IMG/VR virus record: IMGVR_UViG_3300007177_000160
Coordinates: 50,266 to 114,265 of that record
Strand: one strand, 5' to 3'
Length of the DNA stretch: 64,000 nucleotides
DNA from: a virus
Position 1 is the first letter of the stretch. Each line of letters starts with the position of its first letter. The position numbers and the translations under genes were made by a program. The notes beneath the pieces were generated by a model. That model had not been told where the DNA came from, did no database searches, and worked only from the letters and a program-made list of their open reading frames with translations. Positions 39,526 to 49,201 of the stretch are shown in pieces.

Positions 39526-40127
39526 AACATTAAAGGTATAAATAAAATCCACTTAATTTTGTTGGCCCAGTACGCTGCAGAAGATTTTCCTTTTGCAATA
39601 TTCTTTGCGTGACGTGCCTTAAATGCCTTGTTACGTGCAGATCCATCAGGAGATCCTGACACACCTTTCTGACCAAAACGAATTAATTTATAGTTACCAT
39701 TAACTTTTGTTACAACTGCGTGACTCTTGTTACCACTAGTAGTTCTCTTTGGTTTATCTACTCCAGAAAATCCCATCTTCTTATATCTATCGGGGAAGCC
39801 TCCGACTTTACCACCACTAGCCATATAACTTTGATATAAGCTGCCTCCCTTTTTGAATTTATATCCGTACTTAGAAGCATCTTGTCTGGCCTCTTGTATG
39901 TTGCCATTATTAGCTGCAACAAATCTAGCCTTAGCCACAGGAGTAGGCATCTTACCTCCGCTCTCCATCTGCATACCATACTTAGCTTTTCTCCAAGTAC
40001 CGCCTTTAGACTTATAATATTTAGCAGCCCAGCCATTAGCATAAGCTGAAGGATACACATCAAACTTTTGTCTAGCAAGAGATTTTGCTCTAGACCACAA
40101 ACTAGGATTATTAGGTTTATTTGCCAT
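39510..40127 (-). CDS. Basic modular protein (three short modules separated by xxGG motifs)
   Basis: PSAYANGWAAKYYKSKGGTW module; KLIRFGQKG...FKARH...SAAYWANK module. Confidence 0.75.
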   Translation of the reverse strand: MANKPNNPSLWSRAKSLARQKFDVYPSAYANGWAAKYYKSKGGTWRKAKYGMQMESGGKMPTPVAKARFVAANNGNIQEARQDASKYGYKFKKGGSLYQSYMASGGKVGGFPDRYKKMGFSGVDKPKRTTSGNKSHAVVTKVNGNYKLIRFGQKGVSGSPDGSARNKAFKARHAKNIAKGKSSAAYWANKIKWILFIPLMLCQTL

Positions 40128-40129
40128 TG

Positions 40130-41653
40130 TTATTTTCTTTTATGATTGTAAGGTATTCTTTGTGAAGATGTTTTAGTTGCTTTAAATCTTGCTTTTTCTT
40201 GACTAGACATCTCAGAACTAGTCTTAGGGGTTTTACTGCTTATTCTGCGAGAAGGACGACAAGCAGGATACGCTCTATTTTCACCCTCTTGACGACCACA
40301 TGGTTTACCTGATTTTACGTCTACCCACTTTTCAGCAAACCATCTATCAAGTCCTCCATGATTTCCGCCTGATTTATATTTTTTATAAAGCGACGGAGTA
40401 GATGCTATTACAGTACCATTAACTCCTGGAATAGACATGCCTCCCATTTGCATTACTCGGGAAGCTTCTAAAAAATTATCGAGATTGTAGTCTACATCTT
40501 CTTCTTCAAAGTCTTCAACCATCTTTTTTGCAATCTGCTTTCTATTATCCTTATCCTTAACTTGTCTTAAAATACCAGCAATACCTTCTACCATTTCTCT
40601 ATCGTCATCGTCTTCTTCCTCTTCCTCTATTTTGCCTCCTACTTTCATATTAGGAACATAATCAGACATCTTAAATCTGATTGGGTCTGCTAACATGTTG
40701 TACTTAGCAGTACGTAAAGCAGAAGCATTTTCTGCATCTTGGACTGTATTGTACTTACCCATGTGCAGTCCAGTCTTATAGTAGTTAGCAACAGCTTCGT
40801 CTTCTGTAAGCTGTCTGCCTTGTACTACTGTAGGAATAAGAACTTCTTTACTATTATCGTTAATTCCGATTTTATACTCAGAACGCATACCACCAAACTC
40901 ATCTTTATATGATGGTCTATTTATATCTGGTAAAAGATAGTTACCTTCTTTAGGAGCCTTCATTTGGTCGTAGGGACCTACAGCAAACTTGCCGCCACCT
41001 TGCATAATTGGTCTAGGTCTAGGTGCAACATAAGTAGACTCACGTTGCGGAGTTCTTTGAGTGTTTAAATAAGTACTAGTGTTATAAATTGTTCTTGTTT
41101 TGTCGACAGGTTTTGTAAAACTATTTATTACATTAGACCCTCGATTTAAACTTCGCGAAGTAGCTGCTAGTCCTCTAGCAGTATTTCGTGCGCCTGCATT
41201 TGCTGCATATCTAGCTAAAGACATTGCTCCCTTAGCGGCTCCGCCTGTTAAAATATTTGCGGTATTTAATCCTACTCCCCACAAATCTCCTTGAACTGCG
41301 TCATTTACTAATCCTACTCCAGAAGCGTATATACCAGTAGGACCTGGAATATAAGATGCAAGATCTAATAACATTTCCCCACCACTCTGCATGCGTTTTT
41401 CAAACACCTGCTTATCATTTGGAAAATGGTATTCTTTACCTGGCTGCATTACTTTAACTTCACCAGACTGCACTCCTTGTCCTATAATCGGTTCTTTAAA
41501 ATAATCTTCAGAACCATCAGGACCTTTCATAGTAATGCGATTTGATGGAACAATTACGTCTTTATCTTGAAACCACATCCCTGTTTGACTGACAGGGACG
41601 GGCTTCAAGTTTTGCTTTAGTTGTAGTAAGTAAGAAGCTAAGCGTTTAGACAT
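40130..41653 (-). CDS. Modular protein (about five modules separated by [MY]xxGG); C-terminal DUF5872-like module
   Basis: GGLDRWFAEKWVDV..CGR..YPACRPSRRISSKTPKT C-terminal module. Confidence 0.75.
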   Translation of the reverse strand: MSKRLASYLLQLKQNLKPVPVSQTGMWFQDKDVIVPSNRITMKGPDGSEDYFKEPIIGQGVQSGEVKVMQPGKEYHFPNDKQVFEKRMQSGGEMLLDLASYIPGPTGIYASGVGLVNDAVQGDLWGVGLNTANILTGGAAKGAMSLARYAANAGARNTARGLAATSRSLNRGSNVINSFTKPVDKTRTIYNTSTYLNTQRTPQRESTYVAPRPRPIMQGGGKFAVGPYDQMKAPKEGNYLLPDINRPSYKDEFGGMRSEYKIGINDNSKEVLIPTVVQGRQLTEDEAVANYYKTGLHMGKYNTVQDAENASALRTAKYNMLADPIRFKMSDYVPNMKVGGKIEEEEEDDDDREMVEGIAGILRQVKDKDNRKQIAKKMVEDFEEEDVDYNLDNFLEASRVMQMGGMSIPGVNGTVIASTPSLYKKYKSGGNHGGLDRWFAEKWVDVKSGKPCGRQEGENRAYPACRPSRRISSKTPKTSSEMSSQEKARFKATKTSSQRIPYNHKRK

Positions 41654-41658
41654 GCGGA

Positions 41659-42531
41659 TTATCTAATTTTGATTGGAGAAATAGGTTTACTGCTATTTCT
41701 AATATAGGAAGATAAAGTGGCTTTCTTTACAGGAGTAGTTTTTTTCGCAGAAGTTGTGGGAGCCGCAGGTTGATTTCCTGACACAGGCATACGACGAAGA
41801 TCTCCTACTGCTTTATCAAAACCTTTATTGTTTTGAGGTACTGCATTTAAATAAGTAGAAAGAGAAGGACGACTAGTAGTGGGCATCATATTTATGGGAA
41901 CACTAAACTTAGGCTCAGGAGTTTTCATCCAAGAAGCAGTGTTTGCTTTTGAAGGGGCTGTAGAACTTGTTTTAGCGTTCTTGACATACATCTCGTAGGC
42001 CTTTTGTGTTTTAGGGCCCCAAGATCCATCTTCCGCTAAACCAGCTCCATACTTTTCGTTAAGCATCTTTTGATATGCTTTTACTCTTTCTTTTTCTTGT
42101 TGTTTGCCTAGTTCTTTTTCAGCAGAAGCAAGCACTTGACGAGCTTGAGTCATATTAGGATCTAATAGTTCTACAGCATTGTCTAATGGACTAATGTCCA
42201 TCATAGCAGAACTCTGCACCATTTCATCAGGCTCACTCATCATGCGATCTGGTCCCATTGGGTCTTTAAACTCCATACCACCTTGGCCCTTACGCATACG
42301 AGAAAGTGTCTTAGCTAAGTTAGCCCTCTTAACAGTAGTAGAAGAATAGTCTTCTTTATTAGCAAGTACTTTGTCTCTAAATGCAGGAACAGACATTCCA
42401 GCAGATTGTGCTTGTTTTGTAAATGAACCTGGATTTTTAATAGCAGACTGTATCCATTTACCGCCAGACTTCATTTTCATTTTACCTCCACATTCCATGC
42501 AGGTAGAATAAGATTTTTGTAAGCGTCCCAT
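41659..42531 (-). CDS. Modular protein with a peptidoglycan-binding-like motif
   Basis: VKAYQKMLN...LAEDGSWGPKTQKAY matches PG_binding_1; N-terminal MECGG and MKSGG. Confidence 0.7.
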   Translation of the reverse strand: MGRLQKSYSTCMECGGKMKMKSGGKWIQSAIKNPGSFTKQAQSAGMSVPAFRDKVLANKEDYSSTTVKRANLAKTLSRMRKGQGGMEFKDPMGPDRMMSEPDEMVQSSAMMDISPLDNAVELLDPNMTQARQVLASAEKELGKQQEKERVKAYQKMLNEKYGAGLAEDGSWGPKTQKAYEMYVKNAKTSSTAPSKANTASWMKTPEPKFSVPINMMPTTSRPSLSTYLNAVPQNNKGFDKAVGDLRRMPVSGNQPAAPTTSAKKTTPVKKATLSSYIRNSSKPISPIKIR

Positions 42532-42912
42532 TTATGTTAAGGTTAAAAGGTAATTTGTCTTTGCAATTAAAGCTAAAATCTCGTCTACAATATTTTGCAG
42601 ATGAGTATTTTCTGAACCAAATACACTACGATGCTTTTTAATGTATTCCATTAATTGCGGCAAGTGTTGAGTTGGGTTCATGTACTCAGACGCAGGAATC
42701 TTAAAGTTAAGTCTTTTGCCTACAGTGCCAAAGTAAGCTTCTAAAAGACTATCTGTTAAATCCAAGATGCCGTCATAGTACTCATTTAAAGCTTTATGTT
42801 CAGCGTAGTTTAAAGTCTGGAGATGTGCAATGTGCATCATGTCTCTAGATTGAAACAACTGTCCGATAACTAGTTCAGGTTTAACAGTTGTAAAAATTTC
42901 TTTTTCTTTCAT
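42532..42912 (-). CDS. Ferritin/Dps-like protein (DUF5856-like)
   Basis: HIAHLQT..YAEHKALNEYYD..DSLLEAY...NIVDEILALIAKTNYLLTL. Confidence 0.75.
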   Translation of the reverse strand: MKEKEIFTTVKPELVIGQLFQSRDMMHIAHLQTLNYAEHKALNEYYDGILDLTDSLLEAYFGTVGKRLNFKIPASEYMNPTQHLPQLMEYIKKHRSVFGSENTHLQNIVDEILALIAKTNYLLTLT

Positions 42913-42919
42913 GGTATGG

Positions 42920-45900
42920 TTATAAAGAGGTAGTGTTTAATTGGTTAATCTGCAAGTTGTTTACAAACTTATAGCGATTATACTTATCCTGTATTAATCT
43001 AACTTTTGTAAAGTCTGCTTTGATTTTGTTTTTCTGGAAAGCTACTCCTACGTTACGCACCGCTTTAACGTTAGGCATCTTATCAATAAAATAATCTGCT
43101 TGTAAATCTTCCCACTTAGTAGTCCACAAAGGCTGACCATTCGCTTGTGCGGCTAAGTTCCAAAAACCATTAAAGGTATATTTATTCTCTCTGCGAGAGA
43201 TAATAGTATCTATTCCTTGTGGTGTAACTTTTGGATACATTAGTTTTTGTCTTGTGTTACCAAAGATTTCAGGAATCAAATTAATAATTCCAGAAGACTG
43301 TTCACGGTTATAAACAATTGCTTTGGTAAAGTTAGCTACATTTTTATTATTTGTAGTTCCTAGCGAATAATATTCGTATTTAGAATAGTACTCCTGAATG
43401 TCTTGAACTAAGCTAACTGAGTTTAAAATAGAGTTAGCAGGGAGACTATTCACTAAGTACTCAATAATGTAAGGATATAATTTACCGTAATAGGTTTGAT
43501 AAATATATGGACTTAAATTATGATTCCATAAAGACGATCCTAGTGGTGTAGTTATGATAGTCTGGAAATGCCCTAACTGAGGAATAAAGAAATTAGGTAA
43601 GAAAGAATAGAAAGAAATAAAGTTTTTCAACTTAGGACTATATGCTACAGTCCATGACTTGTTCTCAAAGTATTCTTTCTGACTAAAGTCAATACGTGTG
43701 CGTACTCCATTGGTATTAAGAACGTAGTAGCGATAGTCAGGGTCTAGTCTATCGGTTATGTATTCTACTTTAGTCGTGCCTGTTCTATATTGAAGTCTTA
43801 CTCTGTAGTCTAACTTAGTTATAAAGATACGCTCAAAACGTTCGTCCCAACCCATAACAATTCCAATACCTAATGAAGGAACATCTACGTCTGCTTCAGG
43901 GAAATCTTTTAGGATTTGGAATGGTAGGTTTTCTTTAAACCAGTTATAGTTTAACTCGGACTTAATCTCGTTAAATCCTTGACCAGTGATTTGATAAATA
44001 TGACCACGCTTAGCATCTACCCAGAATGTGCCATATTCAGTTCTTACATAAGCTTTGTGCTGAGATCCGATATATCCTAAATCAGTAGTAGAAAGATCCA
44101 CAGGCTTCTGCTTGAACATATCTGCGTTGCCTATCTCTAACTGATAAGGAGAAGTAGAGCTTAATACAATACGTGCATTATATACTTTTGTGGTGTTTTC
44201 AAATCGAGCATATACTCTTTCGCTTTCTCCCGCATTTAAGTCGATTAAGCGACCACCTTGTTTAGGGAAGTCATAGAAGTTTCCTGGGCGGAAAGACAAC
44301 CACTTATCTGAGGTAAGATTAGAGTCACTAGCCTGATCTGAATAGATTACTCTGTTCTGGTGATTAATAATACACTCTAAGTTAGGATACTTTAATCGGT
44401 AAGGCTGGTTAGGCGACATATTCTGTATAGAGTAAGTCGCATTGTAGTGATAGTAGTTATCAAACTTAATTGGCACAGTAGCTTCTTGTAACCACTCATC
44501 AGGTACTCCTCCCCCTACGTTAGGATAGAAGTTCTCTTTATCTAAATCACGTCCGTGGCGGAAGTGTAGGTTTACATCAGACTCTACAAAGAAAATTGGA
44601 ATACCATAAGACGCTGTATAGAAAATACCATCCTTATGGTATCTAGTGTTTTCTGCTTTGTCTAAAGATGTTTTCTTAACAAATTTGCTCCAAATAGCAT
44701 TAACTCCTAAAGTAATAAAAGGAGCTGCACCATTCATAAAAACGTAGTTAGTAACAATTTGACTTACATAATTCCAAACTCCTGTTAAACCTCCTGAAGA
44801 ATTAATTGCATAAGTAGCTGCTACAGCAGCAGCAATGCCAGTAATAAACGCAGCAATATCTCCAGAATTTAAGCTGTCCATGTTTGAGCTGGTCCCAATA
44901 AAGAACTTTGGATATCCCAAGTTAGGAAATAACCAGTAGTCAAATGGCATTTCATCGGCTTTGGCTGGAAGATTAACTAAGTTTCTTGTAAAGAAAGAAT
45001 GCTTACGCTTAATAGCAAAAGGTGTAATATAAGTATCTCCTCCAAAAGCAGGATAATACTTATAAGATAAACTTACAGAACCTCCACTATGTCTTATAAG
45101 ATCTTGACGATAACCTGTACTTACATAACGTAAATTCTCAAGCGGACCATACTGATTAGGGAATTGACGTTTTACTGATGAGTAATAAGCTCTAGTCAAT
45201 CTATCTTCAGTTAAATCTTGCGGATTACTAGAAGCATGATTTGAAGCTAGGTAACGACTATTGTCTATAATCTGAGTAGAATGTAAGGGAAGGTAGTCTC
45301 TTAGTTTAAGATAAACTGAGGTTTCTCTAAGTCTGTTGTGCAAAGGAGCGTCGTCAAATACTTGTACAATTCTGTCGTTTGCGTAGTAACCTAAGTCAAT
45401 AAATCTACGTGACTTTCCTCTATGTATAGAAGGAAGATTAAGCGGGTCTATTGCAACGTACTGGTTATAAGTAGCAATTGAGTTATACTGATAAGCAAAG
45501 TTTACAAATGGAATAAGTTTCTCAGCTATATCTAAGAACAATTGTTCATTCGTAAACAGTTTATCTATTCTAGCAGTAAATGCACTTCGGTTTCTACCTC
45601 CTACGGTAACAGAAATGTCGGCTTCAGTCTCTGACTTTTGTTCAAAAGAAATAAGAGAAGCTAAAGTACCTGCGTCGATAAATGCTTGTTTCTTCAAGAA
45701 TCTGTAACGAGGATGCTCAGCCACTGGCATAAAGTGACCTAGTACTTTACCAAACTCAATGGTCTCTAATTTAAGCTCTGTTCCAATTTTAGGATATTGA
45801 AAAGATGTATCGGGAGAATAGAAAGTGTATCTGTTGTTCCCGATAATAGGAACATTGGCAAATCCACCTACACCACCCACGCCAGTAGAACCATCTTCCT

Positions 45901-48900
45901 CCAGTACCTTTTCACTTTCCTGATACCATCTTGAGTCATTCATCAAGTAAGGATCCGCAAATAAGTCGTTGTATGGGTAGTTAGGATAGTAGTACTTCTT
46001 AATAGGACCGTCCCCAGAATTATCTTCAAATACACCTACGTCATATAAAAGACCTTTTGCTATAACAGACTTGTTACCTACGCGAGTTGCGTGAACTAGT
46101 TCGTATCCGCAAATAACATCTTTAATTGGAACGTTAGTCTTTTTAATAGGGTCGTAAACAGTGTATGCATAAGTTCCGTCTGCTTTCTTTTGATTTAACA
46201 AAGAAGTCAAAGCAGCTTCATCTATACGTACTCCAATAGGATAGATGGTCGAGTTGTAGTCGTTGGTTACGGTGTGATCTATCTCTCCGTCATGTGCCAT
46301 CTGCTTGTCGTGTATATGGACTTTAGCAGAGTCAGGAAACTTATGATGTCTTATAGGTTTACCTGCTAAGGCATTTGGGTCGTAATAAGGTGCGTTAGGA
46401 TCGGTAGACTGTCCCCATATCTCATCGTAGCATGGATATACTTCGGTAGACTCCCAGTAAGCAAATTGACCTTGCTTATGATTCTTAATAGCACAGTTAT
46501 ATTGTTTTTCAATTTCATCAGAAAGATCTTCATCTTTAGATATAGGTACGCCAGCACTTGCAGTGTTGTATACTTGCCAACGAGGAAGTTCGCTTGGGAA
46601 TATACAATCAGACTCTCCAACAAAAACATCTGGATTACTTGCAGCTTGTTCTAGTATTAAATCATTTGAAGTAGCCTTTCTTCCTGGAATATGGAATACG
46701 TCTGTGTACTTACCGTTCTTTAGTCTGAACTTAATACCAAAAGCGTAAACCTCATCACGCTGATAAGTGCGGAAGAAGTATGCAACTTCAGGAGAAGAGT
46801 AATCAAATTGCCCGTCAGCAGGCATCTGTACGGTTTCCCACAAAAGGTTAATCTTAGAAGCAAACGGCTGGAAGTTATATTTAGGAGCCTCCTCTAAGTC
46901 AGCTAACATTAGAATGTCGTTTTGCTTTTCAATAATGTTTGCTGTTTCGTAATGAGGGCCTCTTATAATAGGAACAATTGAAGAGAAACTAGATTTATAG
47001 TCTCCTGTATAAATAACTTGATCTGTATCTGAATACTGGTTAACTCTGTAAGTTCCTACTAAATGATAAGTAGTGGTAGTGTTTATAGTTTCAGCTACTA
47101 CTACGTTGAAGTATTCAAATATCTTAGTCTTATGAAAAACTTTTAAGTTAACTGATTTAGAAGTTACATACTCGGTCTGCTCTGTAATTGCTCTTTCGTA
47201 AATAGGAATTGGATTAGTAAGATCACAATACTCAGTAAGCTCAATTCCTTGTTCGTCTGCATAAGCAATAGCAAAAGAATAAACACCTGCCTTTAATTGT
47301 CCTCCGTCATTTACATCAGTTACATGTACTTCTGGAATACAAAAGTCAGCAAAGATTTTAGAGTCCTCACAAGATTCTTTAATACAGGTTCTTGCTTCAC
47401 CACAAGCATCTCTACCATAAGGATATTCTACAGAAAAATATCTAGGAGGATTATTCCTAGAGATATAGTAAATTTTAGTCTCGCACTCATCTATGCGGTA
47501 TTCTGCGTTTACAGGAAAAGCAATATCAAAGTTTAAACAACAGTTATCTTTAGAAAAAGTCTGCGTTTGTCCTGTTACAAGAACTTCTTGAATTACAACT
47601 AGTCTTGGGTGATTTAAATCTAAGGTACCTTTCTTTGCTTTGAATCTTTTGTTAGTAGCTAGGATAAAGTCTTCTACATAATTGCCTTCACAGTCAGTGT
47701 AACTAAATGTTTTTTGTACTGTACTGAGTGGATCTCCTACAACTATAACTTCGCCAGTAGTAGGATCTGTTACTGCAATACCTGAAGCCGTATAACCTAC
47801 TACATATTCGTAGCAGTTGTCTTCACAAGAATCTAAGCAGTCATCTACAACGAGATCTTCGTATTTACAGCAAGTAGGTTCAGAAGTAATCTCAATTTGA
47901 TTTTGAGTAATTATTCCCTTGCATCTTACAAGACAGTTTTCATCAGCAACTAGTGTATAACCTTCAGGACAAGCACTAGTTAACTCAGTAAACAAACCAC
48001 CTAATCCTGGAGGATTAGCAGTAGTAGGACGTTTAGGTTGAGAACTAATAGGCTGACCATTACTTATAACTCTTTTACTCTGTAAAGTAGCTTTTGTTAA
48101 AGAAGGACTTGTAAGTTCGGCTAAGGTAATGTCGTATAACTCATACGCAAACATTCCAATACCTAAACTGTTTTTATACTCAAACTTAATTAAGTGACTG
48201 CCTGCAGTAAATTCAACTGGGAAGATATGGAAGGCTGACCACATAATAAATCCATTCTCTGCTGGGTTTATTGGATAAGTCGAGTAGAGTCTTTTTGCAG
48301 ACTCACTTGGACTTGTTCCCGCCTGAATATCTAAAATAACAACACCATCTACAGTAATACGTAAAGATTCGTCAGCTGCAACTCCTAAAAAATATTTTTT
48401 AGTTTCAGGAATACATACTGTTTCTGTAAATCCAATAAAGTCATGCGCTACAGTATGACAGGTTCGACACGACCCACCTGAAGGATTTAAATCTGCTTGA
48501 ACAGCAATGTCTTTTACATAAGTAGGAACGTTAAATACGCCCGAACCATTGGGCACCCAGAAAGACTGACTTAGGGAGGTATAAACGGACGAGTAACTGT
48601 TAGGAGTCAAAGTTGTCCAAGTATCACCATATACTCTGGGATAAAGACAACCGTGAGTAGAAACAACTCCACAAGGTCCACCGTCTATACAAGTTTCAAT
48701 TACAGGAACACCTGGTAACTCTGTGTTCAATGCTCTATATGCAACTTGTTCACACTTCTTTGTAGTCGGATTATAAGTAAATCCATCTGGACACTCTAAA
48801 GAAACAGTTGGCTCAGGTAGGTCTTCAAATACAGTATTCTCTGTTATGATTGTTCCTTCTTTACAGCCACAGTCCTTTTCAGTTATCTCTATATCTAAGC

Positions 48901-49201
48901 AGGCGTTGTTAATTGCTGTAATCTGCCCTATGCGAGAACGTCCATCGGGGTGTGTAAGAAATAAAATAACCTTTGACTGCTCAACAATATTAGTAAATCC
49001 AACAACTTTAAATCCAGCTAACTCTCCTTCAGTAAAATTATAGCAAGAAGTATTACCTGGCTCGTTGGTGTACGTGATAGAATCTCCGTCCATACCTTGT
49101 ACGTTGGCGTTAAGTGCCCACGTAACCTGGTTTTCTTTTACTTGCCAAGTAATTGAATCTAGATTTAAACCTATTATATTTTGATTTACTTTAGTCTCCA
49201 T
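42920..49201 (-). CDS. Tail stabilization/muzzle-type protein
   Basis: 2093 aa; GLNLD..ALNAN start, TYQRDEVYAFGI, FGGDTYI, SWTVAYSP..FISFYSFLP motifs; position after the ring protein. Confidence 0.75.
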   Translation of the reverse strand: METKVNQNIIGLNLDSITWQVKENQVTWALNANVQGMDGDSITYTNEPGNTSCYNFTEGELAGFKVVGFTNIVEQSKVILFLTHPDGRSRIGQITAINNACLDIEITEKDCGCKEGTIITENTVFEDLPEPTVSLECPDGFTYNPTTKKCEQVAYRALNTELPGVPVIETCIDGGPCGVVSTHGCLYPRVYGDTWTTLTPNSYSSVYTSLSQSFWVPNGSGVFNVPTYVKDIAVQADLNPSGGSCRTCHTVAHDFIGFTETVCIPETKKYFLGVAADESLRITVDGVVILDIQAGTSPSESAKRLYSTYPINPAENGFIMWSAFHIFPVEFTAGSHLIKFEYKNSLGIGMFAYELYDITLAELTSPSLTKATLQSKRVISNGQPISSQPKRPTTANPPGLGGLFTELTSACPEGYTLVADENCLVRCKGIITQNQIEITSEPTCCKYEDLVVDDCLDSCEDNCYEYVVGYTASGIAVTDPTTGEVIVVGDPLSTVQKTFSYTDCEGNYVEDFILATNKRFKAKKGTLDLNHPRLVVIQEVLVTGQTQTFSKDNCCLNFDIAFPVNAEYRIDECETKIYYISRNNPPRYFSVEYPYGRDACGEARTCIKESCEDSKIFADFCIPEVHVTDVNDGGQLKAGVYSFAIAYADEQGIELTEYCDLTNPIPIYERAITEQTEYVTSKSVNLKVFHKTKIFEYFNVVVAETINTTTTYHLVGTYRVNQYSDTDQVIYTGDYKSSFSSIVPIIRGPHYETANIIEKQNDILMLADLEEAPKYNFQPFASKINLLWETVQMPADGQFDYSSPEVAYFFRTYQRDEVYAFGIKFRLKNGKYTDVFHIPGRKATSNDLILEQAASNPDVFVGESDCIFPSELPRWQVYNTASAGVPISKDEDLSDEIEKQYNCAIKNHKQGQFAYWESTEVYPCYDEIWGQSTDPNAPYYDPNALAGKPIRHHKFPDSAKVHIHDKQMAHDGEIDHTVTNDYNSTIYPIGVRIDEAALTSLLNQKKADGTYAYTVYDPIKKTNVPIKDVICGYELVHATRVGNKSVIAKGLLYDVGVFEDNSGDGPIKKYYYPNYPYNDLFADPYLMNDSRWYQESEKVLEEDGSTGVGGVGGFANVPIIGNNRYTFYSPDTSFQYPKIGTELKLETIEFGKVLGHFMPVAEHPRYRFLKKQAFIDAGTLASLISFEQKSETEADISVTVGGRNRSAFTARIDKLFTNEQLFLDIAEKLIPFVNFAYQYNSIATYNQYVAIDPLNLPSIHRGKSRRFIDLGYYANDRIVQVFDDAPLHNRLRETSVYLKLRDYLPLHSTQIIDNSRYLASNHASSNPQDLTEDRLTRAYYSSVKRQFPNQYGPLENLRYVSTGYRQDLIRHSGGSVSLSYKYYPAFGGDTYITPFAIKRKHSFFTRNLVNLPAKADEMPFDYWLFPNLGYPKFFIGTSSNMDSLNSGDIAAFITGIAAAVAATYAINSSGGLTGVWNYVSQIVTNYVFMNGAAPFITLGVNAIWSKFVKKTSLDKAENTRYHKDGIFYTASYGIPIFFVESDVNLHFRHGRDLDKENFYPNVGGGVPDEWLQEATVPIKFDNYYHYNATYSIQNMSPNQPYRLKYPNLECIINHQNRVIYSDQASDSNLTSDKWLSFRPGNFYDFPKQGGRLIDLNAGESERVYARFENTTKVYNARIVLSSTSPYQLEIGNADMFKQKPVDLSTTDLGYIGSQHKAYVRTEYGTFWVDAKRGHIYQITGQGFNEIKSELNYNWFKENLPFQILKDFPEADVDVPSLGIGIVMGWDERFERIFITKLDYRVRLQYRTGTTKVEYITDRLDPDYRYYVLNTNGVRTRIDFSQKEYFENKSWTVAYSPKLKNFISFYSFLPNFFIPQLGHFQTIITTPLGSSLWNHNLSPYIYQTYYGKLYPYIIEYLVNSLPANSILNSVSLVQDIQEYYSKYEYYSLGTTNNKNVANFTKAIVYNREQSSGIINLIPEIFGNTRQKLMYPKVTPQGIDTIISRRENKYTFNGFWNLAAQANGQPLWTTKWEDLQADYFIDKMPNVKAVRNVGVAFQKNKIKADFTKVRLIQDKYNRYKFVNNLQINQLNTTSL

